From the NCBI RefSeq assembly GCF_001194135.2, contig NC_068981.1, positions 82,381,619-82,427,211 on the forward strand: a stretch of 45,593 bases of DNA, written 5' to 3'. The notes under the pieces are model-generated. The model was not told where the DNA came from. It ran no database searches and was given only the letters and a program-made list of their open reading frames with translations. Made by a program: the position numbers and the translations under genes. The DNA is from Octopus bimaculoides (Eukaryota). Each line of letters begins with the position of its first letter. Position 1 is the first letter of the stretch. Shown here piece after piece: positions 1 through 11,371 of this stretch.

Positions 1-31
<31 letters not shown>

Positions 32-141
32 CACATATAAAATGTATGGTGAATTTATGGAATGAAGTCCCATTAAACTCATCAATTTAGTTAAAAATGG
101 AGGAGAGAAGTTGTTAAAATATACAAGAAGTTTAATTCTTG

Positions 142-232
142 CAGACGATCGCTTCGTACAGAGATATAATTATAATAATGTAAATTCATTATTCAGTTAA
201 ATTCATTAAATATCAATGTCCTCTTCAGTGTG
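142..232 (-). ncRNA. Degenerate PLE-type type I hammerhead ribozyme remnant
   Basis: Minus strand reads ccaca-CTGAAGA-GGAC-(long AT loop)-GTAC-GAAG-CGATCGTC-TG. The CUGANGA core is intact, stem II is imperfect, GAAA is changed to GAAG, stem III is near-palindromic (A/G)CGATCGT, the GUC cleavage triplet is present, and stem I is only 2 bp. Confidence 0.45.
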
Positions 233-810
233 GGAAGTAGAAACCATAATAAAAGGAAACTTGAGAAGGAATATAGCAGAAACATTGGATCTAGGAGATT
301 CATATTTTTATCCGTGTGAGAAAGAGATGTGGGTCACGTTGGATGTTTAACCATAACTAACGGCTTCAACGGTTATATGAAGATATAAGTAAAGAGGTAT
401 CGAGGGCGTTCCCTCTATAGATAAGTATGGAAATTAGAAATTTTAACTCCAAATAAGTAGCATAAGGCAAATAAGTGTTAGAAATGTCCAATGGAAATAC
501 AGTCCTAGGTTTGAAAAAGTGAAGGATAGGGATGAAGGGAGAAAAAGAGAAAGGTTAGGAATACAAGAGAAAGAGAGAGAGAGAATGAAGGCAAGAGAGG
601 GAGCGAGACAAAGCCACTACGAGTGGCCTAGCATGTATAAAAAATCAATAGAAACATATTCTCAATATAAAATAGTGTACATTTAAATTCAAGAGAAAAG
701 GCAGTTTTCTCTTGTGTTTAATGTGCACTATTATATATATATATATTGTAACCTCGTGGGCATCGGTGCCATTTTCCTCTTCCTCCGTTTTTCCATTCTC
801 CGAACTTTCT

Positions 811-847
811 GCCTTTCCGACGAAGGGCTCCGCCCGAAACGTCATGC
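811..847 (+). ncRNA. Degenerate PLE-type hammerhead-like motif
   Basis: cCGACGA-a-GGGC-tcc-GCCC-GAAA-CGTC: core with U4>C, perfect 4-bp stem II, GAAA, and ACGT palindrome plus GUC. Stem I closure is poor. Confidence 0.4.
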
Positions 848-1720
848 TCTCTCTCCTTCCTTTCCCGAGCGTCCAATAACACTATCCGTATCACGTCATC
901 ACTTTGTTGTTTTTTTGTTATTGCTTTTTGTGTTTTCTTTGAACTTATATATATATATATATATATGAGAACCAAGTTAAAATAATGACAGTTACATACA
1001 ATTCGTTTATTTGAGCAACTGAATTGTAAGTTTCTTACAGCAAAAGAGCTAAGGGTATATTGACCAAATAATCTATTCCGCCAAAGTTAATTAACCGCCC
1101 ATTGAATTAGGGTTTCATGAAACAGTTCTTTATTTTATAACAATGTGTCAGTCCACTTATAGTCTAGTCACATGGGGGTGGTCGGAATCCTTCCACAACA
1201 CCTTTGACTATTTACTCTTTCGGCTTCTCTCTCTCTCTCTCTCTCTCTCTGTACCTCATTCTCTGTTTCACACGTGTTTTTCTCAATTTGGATGGCTATG
1301 CTGGCATGTCTATGAGTGAGTGTCTATGCAATGGTTGGAACTTGTAATTTTGTGACTTTGACCTTGTTACTATATAACCGGAGTTCCTGCGAAGCTTTTT
1401 GTCTATCACTGTTTCCCTTTTTGTTCTGTAACCAAATGGACGTATTACATATGTATATATAAACATACTACGTTACGCTTTCTTGTTAATTCTTTTACAG
1501 AAAGTCCGAAATCTCTATACTACCTACGTGATCAAATAAAAAACAATATAGAATACAGTGCATGGCACGAAATAAATGTTTATGTATAATTCCTTAACAT
1601 ACCAGAATAAAGCTATATTTCTGCTTGTCGTAATACAATTAACTCCATCACTGAATTTGCAGAGAAAGCTGAGAATACACGCATTCATACGCACATTCAT
1701 ACTCATATACACCTATTCCT

Positions 1721-1747
1721 TACACACACACACACACACACACACAG

Positions 1748-1786
<39 letters not shown>

Positions 1787-1822
1787 CATATATACATAAA
1801 GCATACGCACATACACACACAC
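1721..1822. repeat. Compound (CA)n/(TA)n microsatellite
   Basis: Direct reading; abuts the 3' tail of the minus-strand SINE C copy. Confidence 0.95.
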
Positions 1823-1824
1823 AT

Positions 1825-2083
1825 GATGATGTTAGTCTCGTAGTCCAATAAAGGAGGTTCTACAATTTCATGCTGAACTGCTTTCATAAATGACTTGTTT
1901 ATGACGATCAAATGCTTGTGCTGTGCAGTAGCTAATAAACTCCATCATATTAACTTTGTCTGACACGTTAGGTGTCGAACTGATCGCAAAGCAGCGTGAG
2001 ATGAAGTGTTTTGCTCAAGAACACAACCCACCACCATCTTCGGGAATCGAACTCACAATTTTCTGATAGTGAGCACAACATCC
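1825..2083 (-). mobile_element. tRNA-derived SINE, family C (long-tail variant)
   Basis: Reverse B-box (gggaatcgaactc) and body tgaagtgttttgctcaagaacacaac; homologous over head and tail to 32765-33030 and 40890-41085. Confidence 0.75.
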
Positions 2084-2310
2084 TATTTCTTTATTGCCCA
2101 CAAGGGGCTAAACACAGAGGGGACAAACAAGGACAGACAAAGGGATTAAGTTGATTACATCGACCCCAGTGCGTAACTGGTACTTAATTTATCGATCCCG
2201 AATGGATGAAAGGCAAAGTCGACCTCGGTGGAATTTGAACTCAGAACATAACGGCAGACGAAATACCGTTAAGCATTTCGCCCGGCGTGCTAACGTTTCT
2301 GCCAGATCGC
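2084..2310 (-). mobile_element. tRNA-derived SINE, family A (tail type 1)
   Basis: Reverse complement has head ctggcagaaacgttagcacgccgggcgaaatgctt, B-box gagttcaaattcc, body gtcgactttgcctttcatcc, and tail ...gggcaataaagaaa. Confidence 0.9.
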
Positions 2311-2363
2311 AACATCTCCAAGCAGTAGGTCCCACACCTTCACATGTACCTACATTCACACAC

Positions 2364-2396
<33 letters not shown>

Positions 2397-2482
2397 TGTA
2401 TGTATNNNNNNNNNNNNNNNNNNNNNNNNNNNNNNNNNNNNNNNNNNNNNNNNNNNNNNNNNNNNNNNNNNNNNNNNNNNNN

Positions 2483-2940
2483 TAAATATTTTTTATTCTT
2501 TTACTTGTTTCAGTCATTTGATTGCTGCCTTGCTGGAGCACCGACGTAAAGGTTTTCCTATTTGAAGAAATCGACCCCAGGACTTATTCTTTGTAAGCCT
2601 AGTACTTATTCCGCCGGTCTCTTTTGCCGAACCGCTAAGTTACGAGGGCGTAAACACACCAACATCGGTTGTCAAGCGATGGTAAGTGAAAAACACAGAC
2701 ACACAGATACACACACACGCACACGCACACACACATACACACACACACAGACACACACACATGCACACACACGTACACACACACGCAGACACACACGCGT
2801 CTATGACGGGCTTCTTTCAGTTTCCGCCTACCAAATTCATTCAGAAGGCTTTGATCAGCCTACGACTATAGTAGAAGACACTTGCCCAAAGTGTCACGCA
2901 GGGAGACTGAACCCAGAAGTAAGGTTCTTACAACACAGCC
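2483..2940 (-). mobile_element. tRNA-derived SINE, family B, near full length, with internal (CA)n
   Basis: Matches 43863-44302 over its whole length (cttttacttgtttcagtcatttga... gaagacacttgcccaa... cacagcc). Confidence 0.9.
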
Positions 2941-4486
2941 ATATATATACGCATATGTGTGTATGTGTGTGTTTGAGAGAGAGAGATTGAGAGAGAGAGA
3001 GTGAGAGAGAAAGAAAGAGGGAAAGAGAGAGAGAGTGAGTGCGCGTGCGCGGTTATTCGGACATACACACTCTTTTAGATAGGTCACTTCGCGAACTGAA
3101 GATATCTATCATGTGTAAGCACACGAAAGTCGATTGCAAAATGAATATTTTTCGCAAAGAAAGAGGTCATTGTGCTATATTCATAATTTACTAGATTCTC
3201 AAGACATTTATTTCTCTTTGAGTTGGAATGCCAAGGAAATAAACAGAATTAATACATGCTCAGAGATATAAATATATAAACTCTTATCCCTTATGGTGGA
3301 ATAAAAATAACAGAATTGATTTCATTAATATATTAACGCCGTCAAAAATTCTCTTTTGATGCTTGCAATTATCACAGGGAAAATAAACTGTCATAGCTTA
3401 TAGTTGTTAAATGAAACTGTCTTTATCGATAGAATGTGTCAATAAAATAAGGTGAACAATAAATATGCGCATTTAATATCTCTAATGATGGATAGAGATA
3501 ATATCCTGAATTTTACTAATATAATTATAGAGTCAGAGGATAGCTTTTTGTTTTGTTTTTGATGTCTACAGTTATTTGAGAAACTCTAGCATTTACAATT
3601 ATATTTGTCAAAAGAAATCATCTTTACAATGTAATGATAATGCCACGATTAAGTAATATCCGTCAATATATTATCTTCTAATAAACAATTCAATTACTCA
3701 TATATTTCTTAGTCATTTTCAATTTCTTCTTCGCTACATTTTGAAAATATAAGTGTAAGTGAGATTTGGATAATTGATATATCGTTATTATTTCAAAAGT
3801 AAGCGTCTCCAGTAATTGAAAGAATAAATATACATATCTTTGTATAGATAACAAAATTTTCAATCTAAATTTGAGGAAATCTTCCAGGGATCCTCTGGTA
3901 CTTAGGTACAATAAACTAATGACAAATGAATTTTTGTTCATTATTTTGCAGTTGTTATAAGCCTTTCTATCTATTTACAGGAAAACTCGGAAAATTATAA
4001 ACACATCATAACGGATACAAACATTTATTCAATATAAAAATTTGTATCAAGATTTTACCTATAACAATTATAAGACTATACTTCTCCATTCTAAGATATG
4101 TGGATCTCTGGAAATTGTTCTCATGAGACGATAAACACAGAATAATATTCAAAGAAGTCTAAAAATATATTTCTTAATGGAAATTCACTCTAAGAAATTA
4201 TTTATAAAAATTAGTGTAACTTGGTTAATAATGTGAAATTACTGGCCACCGACATATTTTAAAGTGAAACAGGTTCACATTCAATTTTTATATAATGATG
4301 CATTTAAGAAGCATCAAATTGGATGGAATAAATTGGGTAAGAAAGACTGATCAATGTGCTTAATTTAAAATTTGGTGGAGTAAACGGAGCACGGGAGGAA
4401 TAAATATACAAGCCGGGTAGGACAAACATTTTGCAATTTAAAAGGGGAGGATGTAGGATTTGTATCGGCATAAGAGGAAATCTATG

Positions 4487-5238
4487 TTAATAGCTACTTT
4501 GTTGGTTATTGGTGAAAATTCGTTGTAATAGATAATTTGTTAATTATTGGTAAAAATCTGAAGTAATAGCTAATTTGTTGGTTATTGGAAAAAATCTAAA
4601 GTAATAGATAATTTGTTGGTTAATGTTGAAAATCTGAATAGCTAATTTGTTGGTTATTGGAAACAATCGAAAGTAATAGCTAATTTGTTGATTATTGGTG
4701 AAAATCTGAAGTAATAGCTAATTTTTTGGTTATTGGTGAAAATCTAAAGGAATAGCAAATTTGTTGGTTAATGTTGAAAATCTGAACAGCTAATTTGTTG
4801 GTTATTGGTGAAAATCTGAAATAATAGAAAATTTGTCGATTATTGGTGAAAATCTGAATTGCTAATTTGTTGGTTATTGGCAAAAATCTGAAGTAAGAGT
4901 TAATTTATTGGTTATTGGTGAAAATCTGAAGTAATGGCTAATTTGTTGGTTATTGGTGAAAATCTGAAGGAATAGGGGCTAAACATAGAGGAGACAAACA
5001 AGGACAGACAAAGGGATTAAGTCGATTAAATCGGCCCCAGTGCATAACTGGTGCTTTTTTAATCGACCCCGAAAGGATGAAAGGCAAAGTCGCCCTCGGC
5101 GGAATTTGAACTCAGAACGTAGCGGCAGACGAAATACCGCTAAGCATTTCGCCAGCTCGCCTTGGGTGAAATCTGTAGTAATAGCTAACTTGTTCGCTTT
5201 TGGTGAAAATCTGTAGTAATTGGTAATTTGTTAGTTAC
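4487..5238. repeat. 38-bp AT-rich minisatellite, interrupted by a SINE and running into a gap
   Basis: Unit ttattggtgaaaatctgaagtaatagctaatttgttgg; 12 full units from 4506 to 4949, three of them 34-bp variants; the array resumes after 5162. Confidence 0.95.
4976..5162 (-). mobile_element. SINE family A inserted in the minisatellite
   Basis: Closely matches 2105-2310; has a short internal deletion near the head (catttcgcc^agctcgcctt). Confidence 0.9.
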
Positions 5239-6090
5239 NNNNNNNNNNNNNNNNNNNNNNNNNNNNNNNNNNNNNNNNNNNNNNNNNNNNNNNNNNNNNN
5301 NNNNNNNNNNNNNNNNNNNNNNNNNNNNNNNNNNNNNNNNNNNNNNNNNNNNNNNNNNNNNNNNNNNNNNNNNNNNNNNNNNNNNNNNNNNNNNNNNNNN
5401 NNNNNNNNNNNNNNNNNNNNNNNNNNNNNNNNNNNNNNNNNNNNNNNNNNNNNNNNNNNNNNNNNNNNNNNNNNNNNNNNNNNNNNNNNNNNNNNNNNNN
5501 NNNNNNNNNNNNNNNNNNNNNNNNNNNNNNNNNNNNNNNNNNNNNNNNNNNNNNNNNNNNNNNNNNNNNNNNNNNNNNNNNNNNNNNNNNNNNNNNNNNN
5601 NNNNNNNNNNNNNNNNNNNNNNNNNNNNNNNNNNNNNNNNNNNNNNNNNNNNNNNNNNNNNNNNNNNNNNNNNNNNNNNNNNNNNNNNNNNNNNNNNNNN
5701 NNNNNNNNNNNNNNNNNNNNNNNNNNNNNNNNNNNNNNNNNNNNNNNNNNNNNNNNNNNNNNNNNNNNNNNNNNNNNNNNNNNNNNNNNNNNNNNNNNNN
5801 NNNNNNNNNNNNNNNNNNNNNNNNNNNNNNNNNNNNNNNNNNNNNNNNNNNNNNNNNNNNNNNNNNNNNNNNNNNNNNNNNNNNNNNNNNNNNNNNNNNN
5901 NNNNNNNNNNNNNNNNNNNNNNNNNNNNNNNNNNNNNNNNNNNNNNNNNNNNNNNNNNNNNNNNNNNNNNNNNNNNNNNNNNNNNNNNNNNNNNNNNNNN
6001 NNNNNNNNNNNNNNNNNNNNNNNNNNNNNNNNNNNNNNNNNNNNNNNNNNNNNNNNNNNNNNNNNNNNNNNNNNNNNNNNNNNNNNNNNN
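5239..6090. other. Largest assembly gap (others: 2406-2482, 8859-9330, 17307-17471, 26364-26699, 28636-28963, 30478-30487, 34871-34993, 36056-36501, 39054-39093, 45086-45185)
   Basis: Runs of N, mostly flanked by simple repeats. Confidence 0.99.
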
Positions 6091-6112
6091 ATGTATGTAT
6101 ATGTATATATAT

Positions 6113-6412
6113 ACTAGCAGCTAAGCCTGATTTCACCCGATCTGTTTGGATGACGTGGCAGTGATCGTTTTCCGTTAGGCATAATGTATTACAGCGTTTC
6201 TCAACCATATAATTTCGGGTCCCCTGTTTCGATTGGAGCCTCCAGCTGTATGAAAATTTCCTGACTCCCCCGCCCTCATTGTCAGAAAACAGCTTTCGGA
6301 GTTGTGAAGAACGAATTTGTACGTAGTTTGTTTCTGAGAGCTATTCTATTGGATCTCTGTCCAATCATTAAAACATTAATTTAATTATGAACATAAAAAG
6401 AAATTATATATT
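6113..6412 (-). mobile_element. Possible non-autonomous Helitron remnant (3' CTAG end at 6114-6117)
   Basis: Minus strand ends ...atcgggtgaaatcaggcttagctgCTAG|t: an imperfect subterminal hairpin ~10 nt before CTAG. The 5' boundary is a guess. Confidence 0.35.
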
Positions 6413-7171
6413 AATCCCTATTTTTGCAAGCAGTTGTAACCGTAAAAATATTTATTTGCAGAGAGCAGAAATTGAAAGAAGATATATGAAAACGACGTGT
6501 GTGTGTATGTATGTGTGTGTATGTGTGTGCGTTTGTGTGCATGTGTATGTGTGTGCGCGCGCGTGCGTGCCTACGCGTGTGCATGTGAGAGAGAAAGAGG
6601 GTGAGAAAGAGAGATAGAGTGAGTGAGTTAAGGTGTGTGTCGTGATGATTGACGTCTTAATGCAAATATGTGAATGAAAATTAAGTTCAGACCTATACAT
6701 GGTAGCTAGACCTGCTAGAAATAGCAGCCAAATCTCCCTCAAAACACCCTACTGTCTTAATCCGGCAAGTTTGCCTATTATGTAGTTTGAATGAGAAACT
6801 GTAACTAAAGATTAAGATTATTAACCCCACAAAGAGGTGAAAGAATAGACAGCATAGCGAAAGTTTTGGCTGACTGACATCCTGTACTCTCCTTGTTGCT
6901 AGCGAAATGGTATATGCCGGCTGTGTGAGCAACTTATTTTAATGGCGGAACAAGCAGGGGAATTCCATTACAAAAGTTTTAATCGATTTCCTCGGTAACT
7001 ATGGAGGCTAGGAAAAAATACAAACAGCATTCCAATCTATGCACCCGTATCCACATGTGTGCCATTTTTCACGGGAATCCACCCAGCCGTTTGGCTGTGA
7101 ACCTCAAGACAAGAATGAATACAACGATCGCCCATGTCCAATTTATATTATATAATATATATATATATGTA

Positions 7172-7213
<42 letters not shown>

Positions 7214-7469
7214 AAAGTTTATATGTCAATTAAAACAACATCCTCAGAGACACTGGCCAGCTACTTTGTTGTCGTTTTTTCTTTCTTTTTCGTATTGTTG
7301 CTTAAAGGAAATGTAAATTTGGCTGACGTTGCTTGCCTTACGAATTCAACTTCCGCAACATTTTCGCTGATGATACCCGTCACTGTTGCTTGTGTTAGTC
7401 TTCAAATTTAGCATCTAATTTGTCTATGACTGCCAATTTTCAGCTTATTTCGTTGAACAACATTAGTTA

Positions 7470-7655
7470 TTGAGCTGCCAGAATAATTAGCATGTCAAAA
7501 CGCTTAGTGACATTTCGCCCGTGTTTCGCGTTTGATGTTCACATTCTGCTGTGGTCGGTTTTGCCTTTCATCATTTCTAGTTCGATAATATAACAACCAT
7601 TTGAGCACTGGGGGCAATGTAATCGACTATTCCTCTGTCCCCAAAAGTTTATGCG
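7470..7655 (+). mobile_element. Old SINE family A copy
   Basis: gagctgccagaat...cgcttagtgacatttcgccc...ttttgcctttcatc...gagcactgggggcaatgtaatcgact. Confidence 0.75.
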
Positions 7656-7876
7656 TTGCGTCTATTGTAAAACGGATCTCTGCTACCATATGTTTCTGGT
7701 GTAAATCGGTGGATTTAACAAAAAAAACATAGAGTAACATTACATTTTGAGGCACGAAAATGAACTCAAGTACATCACTAACGACAACAGATCTTAATAG
7801 CAATTCCTTGCTTGTGCTTAATATACTAACATAATACTTTAATAAATTCTGACTTACGCTCTTAGAATTTCCGTGT

Positions 7877-7905
7877 CCTGCAAAGCGTGCGGGTAATACA
7901 GCTTT
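7877..7905 (+). mobile_element. Possible Helitron 3' hairpin remnant
   Basis: cctgca-aagcg-tgcggg stem-loop followed ~8 nt later by ct; the CTAG is degenerate. Confidence 0.25.
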
Positions 7906-7962
7906 CGTTAAAAAAACGGAGAACGTCTTCAAACATTAATAGACTCATGAACACTATTGTTA

Positions 7963-8035
<73 letters not shown>

Positions 8036-8183
8036 CGAGGCGAGAGGGGATGGATAGAAGTAACTAAAAGACGAATAAGGAAATATAAAAATATCCATAA
8101 TTAAAAGGATTAAACTCGAAGAGTGCTGTCTTTAATACGTATTTGGAAGGAAAACTGTTCACTATTCATTACTCACACATAAA

Positions 8184-8215
<32 letters not shown>

Positions 8216-9661
8216 ACGCGCACAAAAATACTTAAGCTCAAAAAACATATTCACTTATCTATATATTTATCTATATTTCCTTCACTCTATTATTTCTTCT
8301 TTCATATTTTTGAATTTCTTTTTTTTTTTTCCAACATGCATGGTACAGGTTCTGCAGCTGATACCTTTCTTCTTACCTTCATACTAATAACATAAAGAAA
8401 GTTCTAATACAATACAAAACTAGAAATAACAACAATAAAAAACAACAATTATACGAAACACTAGCAAGCAGAAGTGAACTAACACATCACTACATCTGTG
8501 CAATATTGTGCCAGAAGGAGTGTTTGGCGCGTTACTACTGGCTGCTGGGAATTCACAAACGGTACAAAGATGTCTTCACAATCTTTAATCGGACTTTTTT
8601 CAAAAGACTCTCTCATATTTTTTGTTCACCCCTCTTTTTCTTCATATCTTCTACCACCTTTACTAGTTCCTCCTCCCACACTGTTTGGCCAGACTTGTTT
8701 ATTTTATATATTTTATATACGTTATTTTATATTCCAATTGTTTACTTTTCTTTTGTATTTGATCTCCGTTATCTCTTTAGTTTTTACTTTGTATGAATAT
8801 GTATAGATACAGAAATACGCGCACACACGGTTATATAGATATACGTACATACATATATNNNNNNNNNNNNNNNNNNNNNNNNNNNNNNNNNNNNNNNNNN
8901 NNNNNNNNNNNNNNNNNNNNNNNNNNNNNNNNNNNNNNNNNNNNNNNNNNNNNNNNNNNNNNNNNNNNNNNNNNNNNNNNNNNNNNNNNNNNNNNNNNNN
9001 NNNNNNNNNNNNNNNNNNNNNNNNNNNNNNNNNNNNNNNNNNNNNNNNNNNNNNNNNNNNNNNNNNNNNNNNNNNNNNNNNNNNNNNNNNNNNNNNNNNN
9101 NNNNNNNNNNNNNNNNNNNNNNNNNNNNNNNNNNNNNNNNNNNNNNNNNNNNNNNNNNNNNNNNNNNNNNNNNNNNNNNNNNNNNNNNNNNNNNNNNNNN
9201 NNNNNNNNNNNNNNNNNNNNNNNNNNNNNNNNNNNNNNNNNNNNNNNNNNNNNNNNNNNNNNNNNNNNNNNNNNNNNNNNNNNNNNNNNNNNNNNNNNNN
9301 NNNNNNNNNNNNNNNNNNNNNNNNNNNNNNGATGGTGTGCATATGCACCTATTTAGGGTTTCGCTTATACCCCCTCCCTTTCAACTTCCCGCTGCGAAGA
9401 TATTTTTCCGCCATAATATTTTTGTCATTATTCACTTGAATGCGTTCGACTCGTTCTGTTATTCTATTCAGTTTATATTGTATTATTCCCGTGATAATTC
9501 TTCATAAATCTCTTCAGTATTGAAATTACTTAGCAATGCTATATCAAAACATATTGTATTGTTAACAAAACGCATTACCATCAACAGCATCTGCAACGTT
9601 TTTGTTTGTTATCGTTATTGTCGCTTATTACTAGTAATTTTAGATATTATTAGTATTAGCT

Positions 9662-9797
9662 ATGTGAGGACGTATGGTCTAGTCTTTAGGGTGTTGCACT
9701 CATGATCGTGCGATCGTAGTTTCAAATTTCTAGACCGGGTGGTGCGCTGTGTTCTCGAGCAAAATACTTCATCACACGTTAGTCTGCGATCACTGTA
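9662..9797 (+). mobile_element. SINE family C, 5' portion
   Basis: A-box-like tggtctagtctttagggtgttgcactc and body ctgtgttctcgagcaaaatacttcatcacacgtt; truncated by the next SINE. Confidence 0.7.
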
Positions 9798-9968
9798 AGG
9801 CGACGAACTAGCAGAATCGTTACCGTGCTAGGTAAAACGCTTAGCGGCATTTCGTCCGCCTTTAGGTTCTGAGTTCAAATTCTGCTGGGGTCGATTTTCC
9901 TTCGTTTCGGGATCGATAAAATAAGTGCCAGTGGAGTACTGGGATTAATATCATCGACGTAACTCCTC
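9798..9968 (+). mobile_element. SINE family A, 3'-truncated at the Penelope insertion
   Basis: aaggcgacgaactagcagaatcgtt...ttctgagttcaaattc...gatcgataaaataagtgccag...; stops just before the fold-back at 9972. Confidence 0.85.
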
Positions 9969-9998
9969 TTGGATGGGTGTCTGTCACTAGTTTTTCTC

Positions 9999-10620
9999 GA
10001 AAAACTAGTGACAGACACCCATCTAAAAGAACGTACTATTTACCAATAAGAAACTTGATGGAAATGTTGACCTTCTGTGTAGAAACTACCTACTTCAGTA
10101 TGAACACTGATATATATCGACAGCCGGAGGGTTTAGCTATGGGTTCGCCATTATCACAGATAATAGTCAATATATACATGGAATACTTTGAGAATTTGGC
10201 TTTAGGATCAACACCACTAAAACCAACCCTATTCGTGCGATATGTTGATGACACATTTATACTCTGGCCCCATCAGGAAGATGTCCAAGTGCTGTTAGAT
10301 CATGTGAACTCAGTAAAGCCATCCATATGGTTCACAATGTAAAAGGAAAAAGACAATCAGCTAGCATTCCTGGACATATTAATAACACGCACCGAGTATG
10401 GATTCAGGACATCCGTATACCGCAAGCCGACCTTCACTGGACGATACCTCAGTTCCCATCCATACAGTGTAAAAACTTCAATTCCCATCTATACAGTGTA
10501 AAAAGAAGAATTGTTCAGTGCTCAAAACATCGTGCAAAGAATATAAGTAGCGATCGTGATATACACCACGAAGAAATGATCAAGCTCAATACCAATCTAT
10601 TAAGCAACAACTAACTACCA
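9999..10620 (+). pseudogene. Penelope-type reverse transcriptase, disrupted
   Basis: KLVTDTHLKERT/LPIRNLMEMLTFCVETTYF...EGLAMGSPLSQIIVNIYMEYFE...FVRYVDDTFILW...FTM*KEKDNQLAFLDILI. Defects: frameshift near 10040, in-frame stop at 10340-10342, and a 29-bp tandem duplication at 10447-10504. Confidence 0.92.
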
Positions 10621-10679
10621 AAAATACTATCCACTCCAATTATGAAGAAAAGAGAGGATAAAACCAATAAACTGTCCAC

Positions 10680-11161
10680 AGTCTGTCTACCATATGTGAA
10701 AGGCTCTCCGAAAAGATACAAGAGATATGCGGCCCATATGACACCAGGACAGTATTCAAGAGTAATACAACACTTCGCAAATATCTCCTTCGAGTAAAAC
10801 CCACAATAGAAGTGAATATGACCAAAGACTGCGTGTACGTCATCCCATGCAGCTGTGGTAGGTTATACAAAGGCGAAACATGCCGCCCCTCACAATAAAG
10901 GTAGACGAACATCGCAAAACTGTGACACGAGGAGATATTGATAAATCGGGTATAGCTGATCATGTATGGAAAAATGGAGACCAACTTCCACTGTGGGGTG
11001 AACTGAAAATAATAGACAGAGAACACCACTGGAAAATACGAAAACTAAAAGAAGCAGCACATATGCGAGGACACAACAACCTCCTAAGCAAGCCGAGTGC
11101 AGATATGAACAGCATATGGGAAAAGGTATTAAGGAAGGATAGGAGAATATTAGATTTATAA
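10680..11161 (+). pseudogene. PLE linker and GIY-YIG endonuclease, frameshifted
   Basis: VCLPYVKG/SEKIQEICGPY...KDCVYVIPCSCGRLYKGETCRP/TIKVDEHRK...SGIADHVW...RKLKEAAHM; single-base frameshifts near 10705 and 10890. Confidence 0.9.
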
Positions 11162-11191
11162 GCCCTAAAATTCACTCCATCATTGCCTGCA

Positions 11192-11265
11192 GGCAAATGG
11201 CGTTGTGTTTAAGAACGCTAGCTACTAACCCCAAGATTCCGAGTTCGATTCCAAGTAGTGTCCTG
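11192..11265 (+). promoter_or_regulatory. tRNA-derived Pol III head (A and B boxes); not a tRNA gene
   Basis: A-box-like tggcgttgtgtt (11198-11209), anticodon-loop-like ctactaa, B-box gagttcgattcc (11241-11252); no acceptor stem closure. Confidence 0.7.
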
Positions 11266-11325
11266 AATAATAATATCATCGAAAAACACTTTAGGGATGA
11301 GAACCCAGTTTCAAAATTTCTCGAA

Positions 11326-11371
11326 GACACGTTTGAAGGCTTGGAGGGTATATCAGCCGAAACGTTGTGTT
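11326..11371 (+). ncRNA. Minimal type I hammerhead scaffold with mutated core
   Basis: Stem I gacac/gtgtt; core decayed to gtttgaa; stem II ggct(t)g/cagcc; GAAA; palindromic ACGT stem III with GUU triplet. Confidence 0.6.

Noticed and set aside
4487-4975. CRISPR-like regular repeats
   Set aside because: Units are contiguous with no unique spacers, there are no cas genes, and the context is eukaryotic.
6192-6206. hAT-like TIR cagcgtttctcaacc
   Set aside because: No convincing partner TIR or TSD downstream.
5228-6208. Long ORFs in the track (also 8722-9356, 26322-26989, 28339-29025, 36000-36579)
   Set aside because: They span N gaps, so the absence of stops is an artefact.
8480-8560. YICAILCQKECLAR...IHKR, like an RTE LINE terminal zinc finger
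   Set aside because: Spacing is wrong without assumed indels and there is no adjacent RT evidence.
11192-11265. tRNA gene
   Set aside because: A and B boxes are present but there is no acceptor stem or full cloverleaf; treated as a tRNA-derived head.
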